Positions 35,501 through 44,119 of a stretch of DNA of 52,423 nt are shown piece after piece; within the stretch, counting starts at the first letter, position 1; the number at the start of each line of letters is the position of its first letter. The notes beneath the pieces were generated by a model, which made no database searches, was not told where the DNA came from, and saw only the letters and a program-made list of their open reading frames with translations. Made by a program: the position numbers and the translations under genes. Source of the DNA: a virus (lineage: Duplodnaviria > Caudoviricetes); the IMG/VR virus record IMGVR_UViG_3300001918_000036, positions 1-52,423 of that record; one strand, written 5' to 3'.

Positions 35501-36037
35501 GTGTCTGTGCAGAAATCCCAGAAACCATTGCGCCCCGGCCTGATTTGCGAATTCACTGGGGAGCTTCCACTGACCAAAGGTAGGGCCACCCATGCATTCC
35601 GAGGATTCAAGCTTAATCGCGCCACACCACTACGCCCAGATCTCAAAGAGGATCGAGGCATCGTTGCGGCGGTACTCCGCCAAGAACCCTCCATTGACCG
35701 CAAAAAGTTGGCCGATCGCCTCTTCTATAGCCGCCCTACTCACTGGGTCAGTTTTGAGGCCCAAATTCTTGGCAATCCTCAGCGGCGCGTATCACTCCTG
35801 AAACTAGCCCTGGCCCTGGATGAACCGGGCCGCGACAGCAATTCCCTGTTGCATAAGATGCTCAAATTCTGCGCATTCCAGGCCACTGAGTTGCAGCAAG
35901 GAGTTCTGATCTTCAACGACGGACCTTTCAAGATCTACGAAGAATCACTCCTGATGACCGGAGGACCTCTTACAAAGCTCTACTGGACTACTTCTCTTCT
36001 CATCAAATTCGAGGATTTGCTTCAACCTCCTCTATAA
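35501..36037 (+). CDS. Hypothetical protein
   Basis: AGGAGG RBS; ends at a terminator. Confidence 0.65.
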   Translation: MSVQKSQKPLRPGLICEFTGELPLTKGRATHAFRGFKLNRATPLRPDLKEDRGIVAAVLRQEPSIDRKKLADRLFYSRPTHWVSFEAQILGNPQRRVSLLKLALALDEPGRDSNSLLHKMLKFCAFQATELQQGVLIFNDGPFKIYEESLLMTGGPLTKLYWTTSLLIKFEDLLQPPL

Positions 36038-36040
36038 CAG

Positions 36041-36081
36041 CCAAACAAAAGCCCCCGGCATGGCTGGGGGCTTTTGTTTGG
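36041..36081. terminator. Bidirectional intrinsic terminator
   Basis: CCAAACAAAAGCCCCC...GGGGGCTTTTGTTTGG between convergent genes. Confidence 0.8.
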
Positions 36082-36106
36082 TGACACTCCGGAACTCCGG
36101 AGTGCA

Positions 36107-36307
36107 TCACTTGAAGCTTTCAGGGTTATCTCTCACCCAGGCTATCGATTGCTCAATCGTGTAACTGAGAGCATTTGCCAGCACCGCCTGAATCTCAGGG
36201 TGCGGATTCTTACTCGCAATCTTGAGCAGGCATTGCGCCTGGTACTGCCGAAGATTGGCGATCGCCTCTGACTGGGTAATGCTGAGGGGATTCACAAGAT
36301 CACTCAT
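36107..36307 (-). CDS. Small hypothetical protein
   Basis: Overlaps the 3' end of the XRE gene. Confidence 0.55.
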   Translation of the reverse strand: MSDLVNPLSITQSEAIANLRQYQAQCLLKIASKNPHPEIQAVLANALSYTIEQSIAWVRDNPESFK

Positions 36308-36563
36308 TAAGCTGCACAAGCTCTGAAAGCGTGCAAACACCAAAATCTTCTTGACTCAAATCAGTAATAGCAACGCGAATCTCCTCGATCGCATCACCTC
36401 CAATCTCAGGAAGCGTATCCTGCGCTTTCAACCTGGCAATAGTCGTGGGATGCTTCCCCAGTCGCTCAGCCAAAGCCTTGTTTGTAATCTTCCTGCGGGC
36501 CATCGTTTCACGCAGAAGCCAGGATACCTTGCTCACTTCCGATGCACTTAAAACAGCATTCAT
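36300..36563 (-). CDS. XRE/Cro-C1-type HTH regulator
   Basis: WLLRETMARRKITNKALAERLGKHPTTIARLK. Confidence 0.85.
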   Translation of the reverse strand: MNAVLSASEVSKVSWLLRETMARRKITNKALAERLGKHPTTIARLKAQDTLPEIGGDAIEEIRVAITDLSQEDFGVCTLSELVQLNE

Positions 36564-36619
36564 CAGTATCTCCCGATAGCAACAATTTGCTACAAATATA
36601 GCTCCAAAAGCCTTTTATA

Positions 36620-36713
36620 TAGCGCTTAACGCAATCAGCATCGCTAATGGCGCAGCAGGTAACGATAAGATTTTTGAATGCGTTCAGCGCTATTTCGATA
36701 GCGTTCAGCGCTA
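36620..36713. promoter_or_regulatory. Three GCGTT(C/A)AGCGCTA operator-like boxes in the divergent promoter
   Basis: Inverted at 36620, direct at 36679 and 36700; TATACT at 36712. Confidence 0.65.
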
Positions 36714-36806
36714 TACTTTAGACACAAGAGAGGGCGATCGCCCAGTGCGTAGGAAACACAGCGATCGCCCTCTCCAAAACAAACCACCAAAGAGGTGATA
36801 AATCCG

Positions 36807-37019
36807 ATGGTATCTCAAATCCTCGAAAAGCCAATTACGGAAACTGCTACATTTGCTCCTGTTTGTGGGCAGTGTGCGTACTTTGTGGAGGCTCGGATGC
36901 GGGGCTCTCAGCTTCGCCCCTCCTACTGCCGCCTGTTGATGATGGCCGATTGCGACGACTACCGCAAAGCTGCCTCTGACAAGGTTTGCAGCCAGTACGG
37001 CGAGGCAGTGCCCTTCTAA
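36807..37019 (+). CDS. Small Cys-rich hypothetical protein
   Basis: CGQC...C...C pattern; GAGG RBS. Confidence 0.6.
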   Translation: MVSQILEKPITETATFAPVCGQCAYFVEARMRGSQLRPSYCRLLMMADCDDYRKAASDKVCSQYGEAVPF

Positions 37020-37030
37020 AGTCCATTGCT

Positions 37031-37051
37031 GGGAGCCTTTCGGCTCCCTTT
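37031..37051 (+). terminator. Intrinsic terminator/attenuator candidate
   Basis: GGGAGCC TTTC GGCTCCC followed by TTT. Confidence 0.5.
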
Positions 37052-37084
37052 CGTTACTCCGCAGTCGTTTCAGGAATTACGGAA

Positions 37085-37288
37085 ATGCTCACACTATCTC
37101 AAGTTGGCTACATCAAAACCCAGATTCAACGCCTCGAAAGTGGGCGCTACGATGCCGATGATTGTCTGTGGCGTATCGCCAGCGCCGCCGACCTGATTGC
37201 GCCTGACGCCGAACTCGACAGCAGCAGCCGGGAGTACATCCAGCGCTGGATCGACGGCTTTAAACAGCAGTTCAGCCACGTTATGTAG
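37085..37288 (+). CDS. Hypothetical protein
   Basis: MLTLSQVGYIK...; part of the early-type operon. Confidence 0.55.
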   Translation: MLTLSQVGYIKTQIQRLESGRYDADDCLWRIASAADLIAPDAELDSSSREYIQRWIDGFKQQFSHVM

Positions 37289-37365
37289 TCGAGTGCGATC
37301 GCCCCCACCAGACAGCAGAGGGCGATCGCCATCCTCTGAAACCCTAAGCCCTACAGGAGTTCCGC

Positions 37366-37560
37366 ATGATGGCATCGATTTACGAGTGGGTAATTGGCAA
37401 AGGCAAGCGTGCCGAGATTGATCGGACTGGAGGAACACCCCAACTGCTCATCAAGCACGCTTTGTTTGAGCATCACCTGGAGGTCGTCGCTATCCAGAGC
37501 AAACAGGAAGCCGAGCTGCTCATTCGTGCCCTGAAGCAAGCCAAAGAATATCTACCCTAA
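37366..37560 (+). CDS. Hypothetical protein
   Basis: AGGAG RBS. Confidence 0.6.
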   Translation: MMASIYEWVIGKGKRAEIDRTGGTPQLLIKHALFEHHLEVVAIQSKQEAELLIRALKQAKEYLP

Positions 37561-37591
37561 TTTCTGCAAAGCCTTATCTGGAGAAGCTTTC

Positions 37592-37816
37592 ATGCTCAGT
37601 TGTTTCTGTCGCGACATCGAAGAGATCTATGCGGCCCTAATGGATTCCGAATCCGATGACCTGGACACGATGGGCAATGCGCTCACAGCCCTGGTAGCGA
37701 TCGCCCGTGAACAACAGGCAGAAATCAAACGTCTAAAGCGCGTTGAAACTGAATACGGAGAGGCCATCTTTGAGCTGAAGCAGCAGGTCAAAGCCCTCCA
37801 AGAACTCAGCCACTAA
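37592..37816 (+). CDS. Hypothetical coiled-coil protein
   Basis: GGAG RBS. Confidence 0.6.
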   Translation: MLSCFCRDIEEIYAALMDSESDDLDTMGNALTALVAIAREQQAEIKRLKRVETEYGEAIFELKQQVKALQELSH

Positions 37817-37880
37817 CCCACCCGATCGCCCCTTGTGCCCTCGCCTGGGGGCGATCGCACACCCTCACCCTTGACCCACC

Positions 37881-38441
37881 ATGACACAGACTCTAGATTC
37901 AACAGACCTGGCCAACATTCTGGCCTCTGCCCTCGCAGAGCAGAGCCACTTGCTGCAACAGATCCTCCTCAAACTCGATCGCCCACAGTTGGGCTTCCAC
38001 TACGGCGGTGGGCCGTTGCGGGTTTACTGCAACCGCAGCAACGGAGGACTGTGGTACACGATGGCAGGTGACCAGCCTCAACTCATTCCCCAAACGGCCC
38101 TCACTGGCTACCTGAAGGAGATCAGCTTCCCTAAGGTGGAGCGCCGGGGAAAAGAGTGCATCAAGCTTCAGGCCGTGATTGTGGGCGATCGCCCCTACAT
38201 CCTCGAAGCTGGCCACGATAGCCACTTCAGCAAGGGGTTTCTGAGCGCAGTGGCCCTGCTGCTACCTGCTCAGGTAAGCCAGCCACTTACAATCGCACCC
38301 CAGGCCGGAGAAGATGAGGCGGTGCTATTCTGCCGGGTCTACTCCGGTGGCAGCTTGGTAAAAGGCCCATACGATGAGGGTACTGACTTCAGGCTGGTGG
38401 CCCAGGCGGCGATCGCCGCCGTTCGTGGTAGCCAGCGATAG
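37881..38441 (+). CDS. Hypothetical protein
   Basis: 186 aa; ends at a terminator. Confidence 0.7.
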   Translation: MTQTLDSTDLANILASALAEQSHLLQQILLKLDRPQLGFHYGGGPLRVYCNRSNGGLWYTMAGDQPQLIPQTALTGYLKEISFPKVERRGKECIKLQAVIVGDRPYILEAGHDSHFSKGFLSAVALLLPAQVSQPLTIAPQAGEDEAVLFCRVYSGGSLVKGPYDEGTDFRLVAQAAIAAVRGSQR

Positions 38442-38452
38442 CCACAGACCAA

Positions 38453-38500
38453 CAAAGCGAAGCCCCCAGCAGCCTATCGGTTGCTGGGGGCTTCGCTTTG
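38453..38500. terminator. Bidirectional intrinsic terminator
   Basis: CAAAGCGAAGCCCCCAGCAGCC...GGTTGCTGGGGGCTTCGCTTTG. Confidence 0.75.
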
Positions 38501-38507
38501 GGGTGGA

Positions 38508-38795
38508 TCACTCAGCCTCGTCGTCTTCAACGGCTCCAGTGAATCCAGACTTCTGCAATAGCTCTGCCTTCAGTTCGTCCACGCTGATTCCACGGTCAGA
38601 GGCCATCTCCGCAAGCATTTCCTCAATCAAGTCCTTGTTGTGCTCAATCCTGGCCTGGAGAGTGTTCTGGGCCAGTCCAGTTTTTGAGGTGCCCTTACAG
38701 GCCGCCCACCAGATCAGACGCTTCTCATGCCAGGGAGGCAACTTGATAGGAAACCGTTTTGCAGCCACTTCTGTACCTTCATCAATCCTCCCCAT
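38508..38795 (-). CDS. Ribbon-helix-helix-like regulator
   Basis: KRFPIKLPPWHEKRL..WA..KG.SKT.LA pattern; divergent from the membrane/ATPase operon. Confidence 0.6.
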   Translation of the reverse strand: MGRIDEGTEVAAKRFPIKLPPWHEKRLIWWAACKGTSKTGLAQNTLQARIEHNKDLIEEMLAEMASDRGISVDELKAELLQKSGFTGAVEDDEAE

Positions 38796-38903
38796 ATTGC
38801 CGTGAGCCTCCAGGTTTTTCTAGATGGTTCTAATCTAGCTACAAATAAGGCTACAAGGAAGTAGCTAAATCAGAATCACCCGTGCTATGCTCACCCTCAG
38901 AAA

Positions 38904-39077
38904 GTGACACGGAGATGACACGACAATGACAGCCGCCAAACCTATAGGATTTTCAAGGACTGCAAGAATTCGTGACTACCAAAACCGCCGCAACTACGGC
39001 AAAGGAAATGACAACGTGACACAAGAGAATGACAGCTTAGTGACAAAAATTCAGGCCGGTGACACCGAGAATGTCAC
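38904..39077 (+). repeat. RTGACA repeat array (8 direct, 1 inverted)
   Basis: Direct copies at 38904, 38915, 38926, 39008, 39016, 39029, 39040 and 39059; inverted at 39072. Confidence 0.7.
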
Positions 39078-39648
39078 CTTCCGCCAAATCGCTGAATGGC
39101 TCGACGAAAAATCCAACACGGTCAGTGCCCGCTACTTTCCAAAGGTCGTAATGGCACACGAAGGGCTGAAAGGCCACCCCAGCCTTCAATCGGCCCCCGG
39201 AAAACCCACCGGATACGCCGCCAAGTGCATCGCTGAGTACCTGGACATGAACAAAGACTTTGAGGGCTTTGTCACCGTCCTGAAAGGTAGATACAGCAAG
39301 CCTCTCGCTGCCGTCGATGGCGATGTTGTCATCGCTGAAGTGATGGACGATGACACGCTTCAGGTAAGTGGTGGGGGCGATCGCCGCGAGATTGCCGGGA
39401 AACTCGCTCTACGCAAGCAACAGAGCGAAGATGACACGGACGGAATGCTGGGGGAACTGGCGGTTACCGTCCAGCAGTTCAAGGAGCAGGACCAGGATTT
39501 TTTCGGAAGCGAAGACGAGCGGCTCTATCAGGAAGCGTACCAGCGCAAACTAGCCGAACTGGGAAAAGGGCTAAAGCGCAAGATGATCGAGCGCAAAGCC
39601 GAACTGGACGCAGAGAAAGCTTTCAAGGAGTTGATGGAGGAATCGTAA
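38926..39648 (+). CDS. Hypothetical protein (possible N-terminal HTH, C-terminal coiled coil)
   Basis: TFRQIAEWLDEKSNTVS segment; charged helical C-terminus. Confidence 0.65.
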   Translation: MTAAKPIGFSRTARIRDYQNRRNYGKGNDNVTQENDSLVTKIQAGDTENVTFRQIAEWLDEKSNTVSARYFPKVVMAHEGLKGHPSLQSAPGKPTGYAAKCIAEYLDMNKDFEGFVTVLKGRYSKPLAAVDGDVVIAEVMDDDTLQVSGGGDRREIAGKLALRKQQSEDDTDGMLGELAVTVQQFKEQDQDFFGSEDERLYQEAYQRKLAELGKGLKRKMIERKAELDAEKAFKELMEES

Positions 39649-39763
39649 TTCTCGCTTTGGTGCTGGCCTTCCTGGCCACCGCCATTTCCCTGGTGGGGCT
39701 GTTTGCCCTCATGCGTCAGCAAGCCCCACCTCCTGTAAACCCTACGCAAACGGAGAATCTTGG

Positions 39764-39958
39764 ATGACTACTAATGACTACGCTTGCCTGGCTGATTTTT
39801 CATGGCGCTGCTTCCGCACCTGGGATAGCTTCTACCGCCGTGCCAAAGATCCGCAGGATGCCCATCAGTTTCGCATACAGGCCCGTTACTTTCGCCGCTG
39901 TGCAATTCGGTGGGAGGCCCGATTGCTCAGATCTACCAATCAAGTCAAAGCCGCATGA
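39764..39958 (+). CDS. Small basic hypothetical protein
   Basis: GGAG RBS; ATGA-coupled. Confidence 0.5.
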   Translation: MTTNDYACLADFSWRCFRTWDSFYRRAKDPQDAHQFRIQARYFRRCAIRWEARLLRSTNQVKAA

Positions 39959-40092
39959 AAAGTCTATTCGACGATTTCTTTGCTGGGTTGGGATTGGCTC
40001 TAGCTGCCTACTTTTTCCTCAACGGCCTGGGCCTTTGGCCAGAGCCACCAAAGCCCTTCCCCCAGCAAACCCACCAAACTCCCAAAGGGTAA
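39955..40092 (+). CDS. Small single-TM protein
   Basis: MKSLFDDFFAGLGLALAAYFFLNGLGLW... Confidence 0.55.
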   Translation: MKSLFDDFFAGLGLALAAYFFLNGLGLWPEPPKPFPQQTHQTPKG

Positions 40093-40159
40093 GCGATCGC
40101 CCTAGTTTCTCAGGCCACGGCGATCGCCCCCTATCCCTTCTGCAAAGGACATTTAAACC

Positions 40160-40549
40160 ATGACACAAACAGCCACCAAAGACCTCACACTGCAAGAATT
40201 TCAGCAGGATATGGGAGCCGAGCGAATCACCGACAGCTCGCACCTGATGCCCGTCGCCAACTTCACCGATTGCAAACAGGCCGCTGCCCTGGTGGAGAAG
40301 TTTGGCGATAAGGATTTGGCAAAGCTCTCCGACATTGACCAGGCCGCATTGCTCTGTATCCTCTCTGCCATCGTCTACCGGGATGTATGCACCACTGGCA
40401 AGCAGCCGCTCACTATCTGGGAAGCCGCCGATCGCGCCATTCCTGAGGATGAGGATCACACCTCAGAGGCAATGGAAGACGCTCTGGAGGCGCTCGAAGG
40501 CATTGACCCGGATGATGCGATCGCCCTGATTCAGTTTTTGGTGCAGTGA
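40160..40549 (+). CDS. Acidic hypothetical protein
   Basis: AAGGA RBS. Confidence 0.65.
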   Translation: MTQTATKDLTLQEFQQDMGAERITDSSHLMPVANFTDCKQAAALVEKFGDKDLAKLSDIDQAALLCILSAIVYRDVCTTGKQPLTIWEAADRAIPEDEDHTSEAMEDALEALEGIDPDDAIALIQFLVQ

Positions 40550-40550
40550 T

Positions 40551-41057
40551 ATGGATCAGCTTTTCAATCCTCTTACTTCGCCTGGAACGACGATTTTGCT
40601 AGGGCTGAGTGCCGTAGCCGGGGGCGTATCTCTTTCGATGGTGCGATTGGAAACGGCAATGGCAGAACGAACCCACACGCAGATAGCGCTGCAACGTGCT
40701 GAGGTCTGCCGGATTTTGCCCCCCACTGAGAAGTTGGAGCTGGGAGCCTACTACTTCCAGCCCACTACCTTCAATCCAGACGGAGGCCGTAGCGGCGTCC
40801 TTTTGGAGGAAGGGCGTTACGTGTGCGATCGCTTTGGTGCTACCGCCCGCATTGAGCGCGGTGGGTACGCGCAATTCATGGCGATCGCTGCGGATATCAC
40901 CGCATTCAATAGGGTGCTTCAGATACGCCTGGACGATCCGGCTAATCCGGATGCCAACCAGGAAACTCAGGTGCAACGCGCCCACAACATGGGGGTCTGG
41001 AAAGAACCCCCGCAGGCTACCGAGCCTGAAAAGCCCGATTTCTTTGATGTTCAATAA
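40551..41057 (+). CDS. Single-TM protein with a putative extracytoplasmic domain
   Basis: TILLGLSAVAGGVSL; two Cys residues. Confidence 0.65.
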   Translation: MDQLFNPLTSPGTTILLGLSAVAGGVSLSMVRLETAMAERTHTQIALQRAEVCRILPPTEKLELGAYYFQPTTFNPDGGRSGVLLEEGRYVCDRFGATARIERGGYAQFMAIAADITAFNRVLQIRLDDPANPDANQETQVQRAHNMGVWKEPPQATEPEKPDFFDVQ

Positions 41058-41071
41058 ACGGAGAATTAACT

Positions 41072-41782
41072 ATGGCAGTTCGTAGAAAGCCCAAGCCTCA
41101 AGCCGCCAAGCCTGAAGCCCCACCCTCAGCCGATCCCTTTGCCAGTGAGGAGAAGGAGGATCAAGGCATCATCCTGAAGCTTGCCAAGCTTATGCAAGAC
41201 ATCTTCAGTCACAAGGGGATGTTTTGGTTGGGTGTGTCGGTTGCAGTTGTCTGCTTCTTAGGGAACCTCTGGTTTTACTACAGCCTCTTTGGGGAGTTAA
41301 CCGAATATGCAATCTGGCAGTGTGCAGGGCTAGCCCTGCTCGTATCATGCTCAACCACCTTGTTTGAGCTAATGCCAGTCATCATGACCCAGGGGCGGCG
41401 AAACCGACTTCGCCAAATTCTTCACGCTGGGGCCAAGCCTCGGGATCTTCCAGAACTGAATCCAAAGGTCGTAGGCGATGCCGAGGATCTAATGAAGGCA
41501 TACCGGAACAGCGACAAAGAAACCAAAGAGTTTTTCGAGATGGGCCGATGGATCGCCATCTTCCTCGAAGCCATAGTGGGCTTCATCTTCATGGGATCTT
41601 TAGGGTCCGGTTTCGGTGCCCTCATCAGCTTGGGCCTATTCATCGCCTCGATCTTTGGGTGCGAGTGGGGAGTTTCGCTTGCTCTCCGGGCCGCTGAATG
41701 GGAGTTGCCCCCGGCTATTCGCCAACAACTCGATGAACTCCTTGCCAATGCTGGCAAAGCCCTGAATTTGAAGCGCATCTAA
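41072..41782 (+). CDS. Integral membrane protein (about 4 TM segments)
   Basis: Two hydrophobic hairpins; GGAG RBS. Confidence 0.75.
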   Translation: MAVRRKPKPQAAKPEAPPSADPFASEEKEDQGIILKLAKLMQDIFSHKGMFWLGVSVAVVCFLGNLWFYYSLFGELTEYAIWQCAGLALLVSCSTTLFELMPVIMTQGRRNRLRQILHAGAKPRDLPELNPKVVGDAEDLMKAYRNSDKETKEFFEMGRWIAIFLEAIVGFIFMGSLGSGFGALISLGLFIASIFGCEWGVSLALRAAEWELPPAIRQQLDELLANAGKALNLKRI

Positions 41783-41799
41783 CCCTCAAATAGCTACGA

Positions 41800-41829
41800 A
41801 AAAGGCGTGAGGGGCAACTCACGCCTTTT
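41800..41829. terminator. Hairpin/terminator upstream of the ATPase gene
   Basis: AAAAGGCGTGAG GGGCAA CTCACGCCTTTT. Confidence 0.55.
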
Positions 41830-41856
41830 ATTTGCCCATTACCACAGGAACTTAGT

Positions 41857-43785
41857 ATGAGCATTCGTCGTAATCGTAACCGCGATCGCCAGAATGAAGC
41901 CGTAGCAGAGCCACTCATTCAACCCACCACACCCCCGCCCCGGATCGAGCGCCGCAAGCCTAATGAACGGAATGGCTACCTCGATCCAGACCAAACCCTG
42001 GTGAACTTCGCCATTCGCGAAAAAGGGATGACCTTTGAACAACTCATCGCAGAAGACCCCAGCCGCTTACTCCGAACCTGGCTGAAGCTCTACAGAAAAG
42101 CCAGGGCGACGGCGATCGCCACCGCAGTACTGGGCGCTGCTGCGACGGTGGTGGGGGTGGGAGTTGGGGCCACACCGCTGATGGTCGCCGGAATCGCCAC
42201 CATCGGCGGGTCTGGAATGCTGGCAAAGCACCACAACGCTGGGGTGAAGGCGTGCGAGCTGGAAGCCGAGATTTTAGACGAAATCCGGCCCATCCTGGAA
42301 CTGTTTCACACACTGGAAACCCGTGGGGCAAACCCCTCCGACCTGGTAAGCCTGTACGACAGATTGATCCGTCAGTACGCTGCACAAAACCCCGTATTCG
42401 GGGCCATCGGGGATCCCGCTGGGCTGAAAGAATTCTTCGAGGTGGAGCTAGCCAAGCACCTCACCGTTTCGAGCGTTGCAGCCACCCAGACAGGGTTTGC
42501 TGCTGCTGCCAAACCTCAGCCACCAGCGATCGCCCCCGCAGCTCCACCACCTGTCCAACCTCCCTCGCCTTCTGTTGCACCAGTGATTCATGGGCAGCCA
42601 GAAGCACCCATCGCCCAATCTGCCCATGAATCATCGACTGAAATTCAGGTTGCGACCGAAATTCAGACCGTGGAAGCGGAGGTGGAGGTGGAGGTGCCCA
42701 CCACTGACCTGGCAGGTGTATTGGCAGAGCAGTTGAAGTCTCTGGTGATTGCGGCTTTCCCACGCACTGGCAAAGGCATCACCGTAGCCCACGGAGGCCG
42801 CAGAGTGAAGGAGATGTACCCCGACCTGGAGATCTGGCTACTTGACCCAAAGAATGAGGCGAGTGAAAGCGGCTACTGGTCGTTCGTTGACCTGGATAAA
42901 AGGATTCATTTCGACCTAAGGGATTTCTGCTTGGACATTCCGAAGACCGAAACCCTGGTCAATGACTTCCTGACTCGGTTCAACAATTCGACCGCAGTGG
43001 CCAAGCTCCTGATTGTGGACGAATTCGTGGCCTTGAATGCTCGACTCTCCAGTGAGTTCATGAAACGCCTAAAAGATTTTCTGGTGGCCATTTCCTCTTC
43101 TGGGGAATCCAGCTCGGGTGACGCAAGCCAGAAGCCTCAAGGCAAGTTTGCCTGGGTAATCACTCAATCCCCCTACGTTGCAGATCTGGGCTTCCGCACC
43201 AAAGGACAGCGAGCGGCCTTCAACCGAATTCTGCTATTCAATGACACCAATCAGGGCTATCTAACACTGGCTGAAGGGGCTGATTTTTGCCCAAAGATTA
43301 GAGACGAAGAAAAGCAGAAATTGTTGTCTTCAACAGGCCGCGCTTTCTACTACTCACTGGGCGATCGCTGGGGTGCAATTTGCAACTACCAAGGATTTGC
43401 GCCGGATGCTAGGACTTCACCCAATTCGCACCCGTTCAGCGCTCAACCCGTGGTCAACCAGCAAGCAACTGAAGCTGAGGTAGAAGTAGCCACAGAGGAA
43501 GTAGCAACAGCGGTTTTTGATACAGAAGAAATCGCTGCAAAACTCCTCAACTGGCTTAAAGGCAGAGGGCAAGAGTTTTTCACGGATGGATTCATTTCTG
43601 GCCCTGTTATTGTCAAAAACTTTGGGTACTGGAACAAGGGTAAAACTTATAGGGTTTCCAAGCCAGAACTCACCCAGCTTGTAATGCATTTAGTTCATAT
43701 CAAAGAAGTGGAAGTTGTCGCAGGGAAAGGAGTAAGACTGCTCTCATTTGAGGATGAGTTGGGCCTGTTCGATGATGTGGCGTAA
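41857..43785 (+). CDS. Membrane-anchored FtsK/HerA/TraB-superfamily P-loop ATPase
   Basis: TM hairpin; Pro-rich linker; Walker A AFPRTGKG; WLLDPK; Walker B LLIVDEF; VITQS; small C-terminal wHTH-sized domain. Confidence 0.72.
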   Translation: MSIRRNRNRDRQNEAVAEPLIQPTTPPPRIERRKPNERNGYLDPDQTLVNFAIREKGMTFEQLIAEDPSRLLRTWLKLYRKARATAIATAVLGAAATVVGVGVGATPLMVAGIATIGGSGMLAKHHNAGVKACELEAEILDEIRPILELFHTLETRGANPSDLVSLYDRLIRQYAAQNPVFGAIGDPAGLKEFFEVELAKHLTVSSVAATQTGFAAAAKPQPPAIAPAAPPPVQPPSPSVAPVIHGQPEAPIAQSAHESSTEIQVATEIQTVEAEVEVEVPTTDLAGVLAEQLKSLVIAAFPRTGKGITVAHGGRRVKEMYPDLEIWLLDPKNEASESGYWSFVDLDKRIHFDLRDFCLDIPKTETLVNDFLTRFNNSTAVAKLLIVDEFVALNARLSSEFMKRLKDFLVAISSSGESSSGDASQKPQGKFAWVITQSPYVADLGFRTKGQRAAFNRILLFNDTNQGYLTLAEGADFCPKIRDEEKQKLLSSTGRAFYYSLGDRWGAICNYQGFAPDARTSPNSHPFSAQPVVNQQATEAEVEVATEEVATAVFDTEEIAAKLLNWLKGRGQEFFTDGFISGPVIVKNFGYWNKGKTYRVSKPELTQLVMHLVHIKEVEVVAGKGVRLLSFEDELGLFDDVA

Positions 43786-43934
43786 TGGCGTAAGGAAGGT
43801 GCTGTTTTCCGGCGTAAGGTGGCGTAAGGCCAGCGTAAGGGAGCCTGTAAGGCCCATTCTTCCGTTCACTGGCGTAAGGATTGTAAGGCCAGTGTAAGGA
43901 TTGTAAGGCCAGCGTAAGGGATGTCATTACGCCA
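43779..43934 (+). repeat. Phased array of ten (N)3GTAAGG repeats directly after the ATPase stop
   Basis: Copies at 43787, 43811, 43821, 43832, 43844, 43871, 43880, 43891, 43900 and 43911; flanked by GGCGTAAT and an inverted ATTACGCC. Confidence 0.9.
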
Positions 43935-44049
43935 CCATCACGCCCAAGAATCTATTAGTTAATCCAGGAATTCAGGCTGAGAAAAATGAACAAACCTAAG
44001 CCATTCAGGCAAAGCTACAATCGAAGCAGAGATGATACACCCTGAAGAC

Positions 44050-44081
44050 AAAAGCCCCCAGCTCTACACCGGGGGCTTTTT
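44050..44081. terminator. Bidirectional intrinsic terminator
   Basis: AAAAGCCCCC...GGGGGCTTTTT. Confidence 0.75.
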
Positions 44082-44119
44082 CATTATTTAGCTTGAGAGA
44101 GATCGCTCCTTTTGCGGTA

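Noticed and set aside
41845-41854. AGGAAC before the ATPase as a late promoter
   Set aside because: Lacks T9 and sits at RBS distance
43779-43934. CRISPR array
   Set aside because: Units are 9-12 bp with no unique spacers; no cas genes
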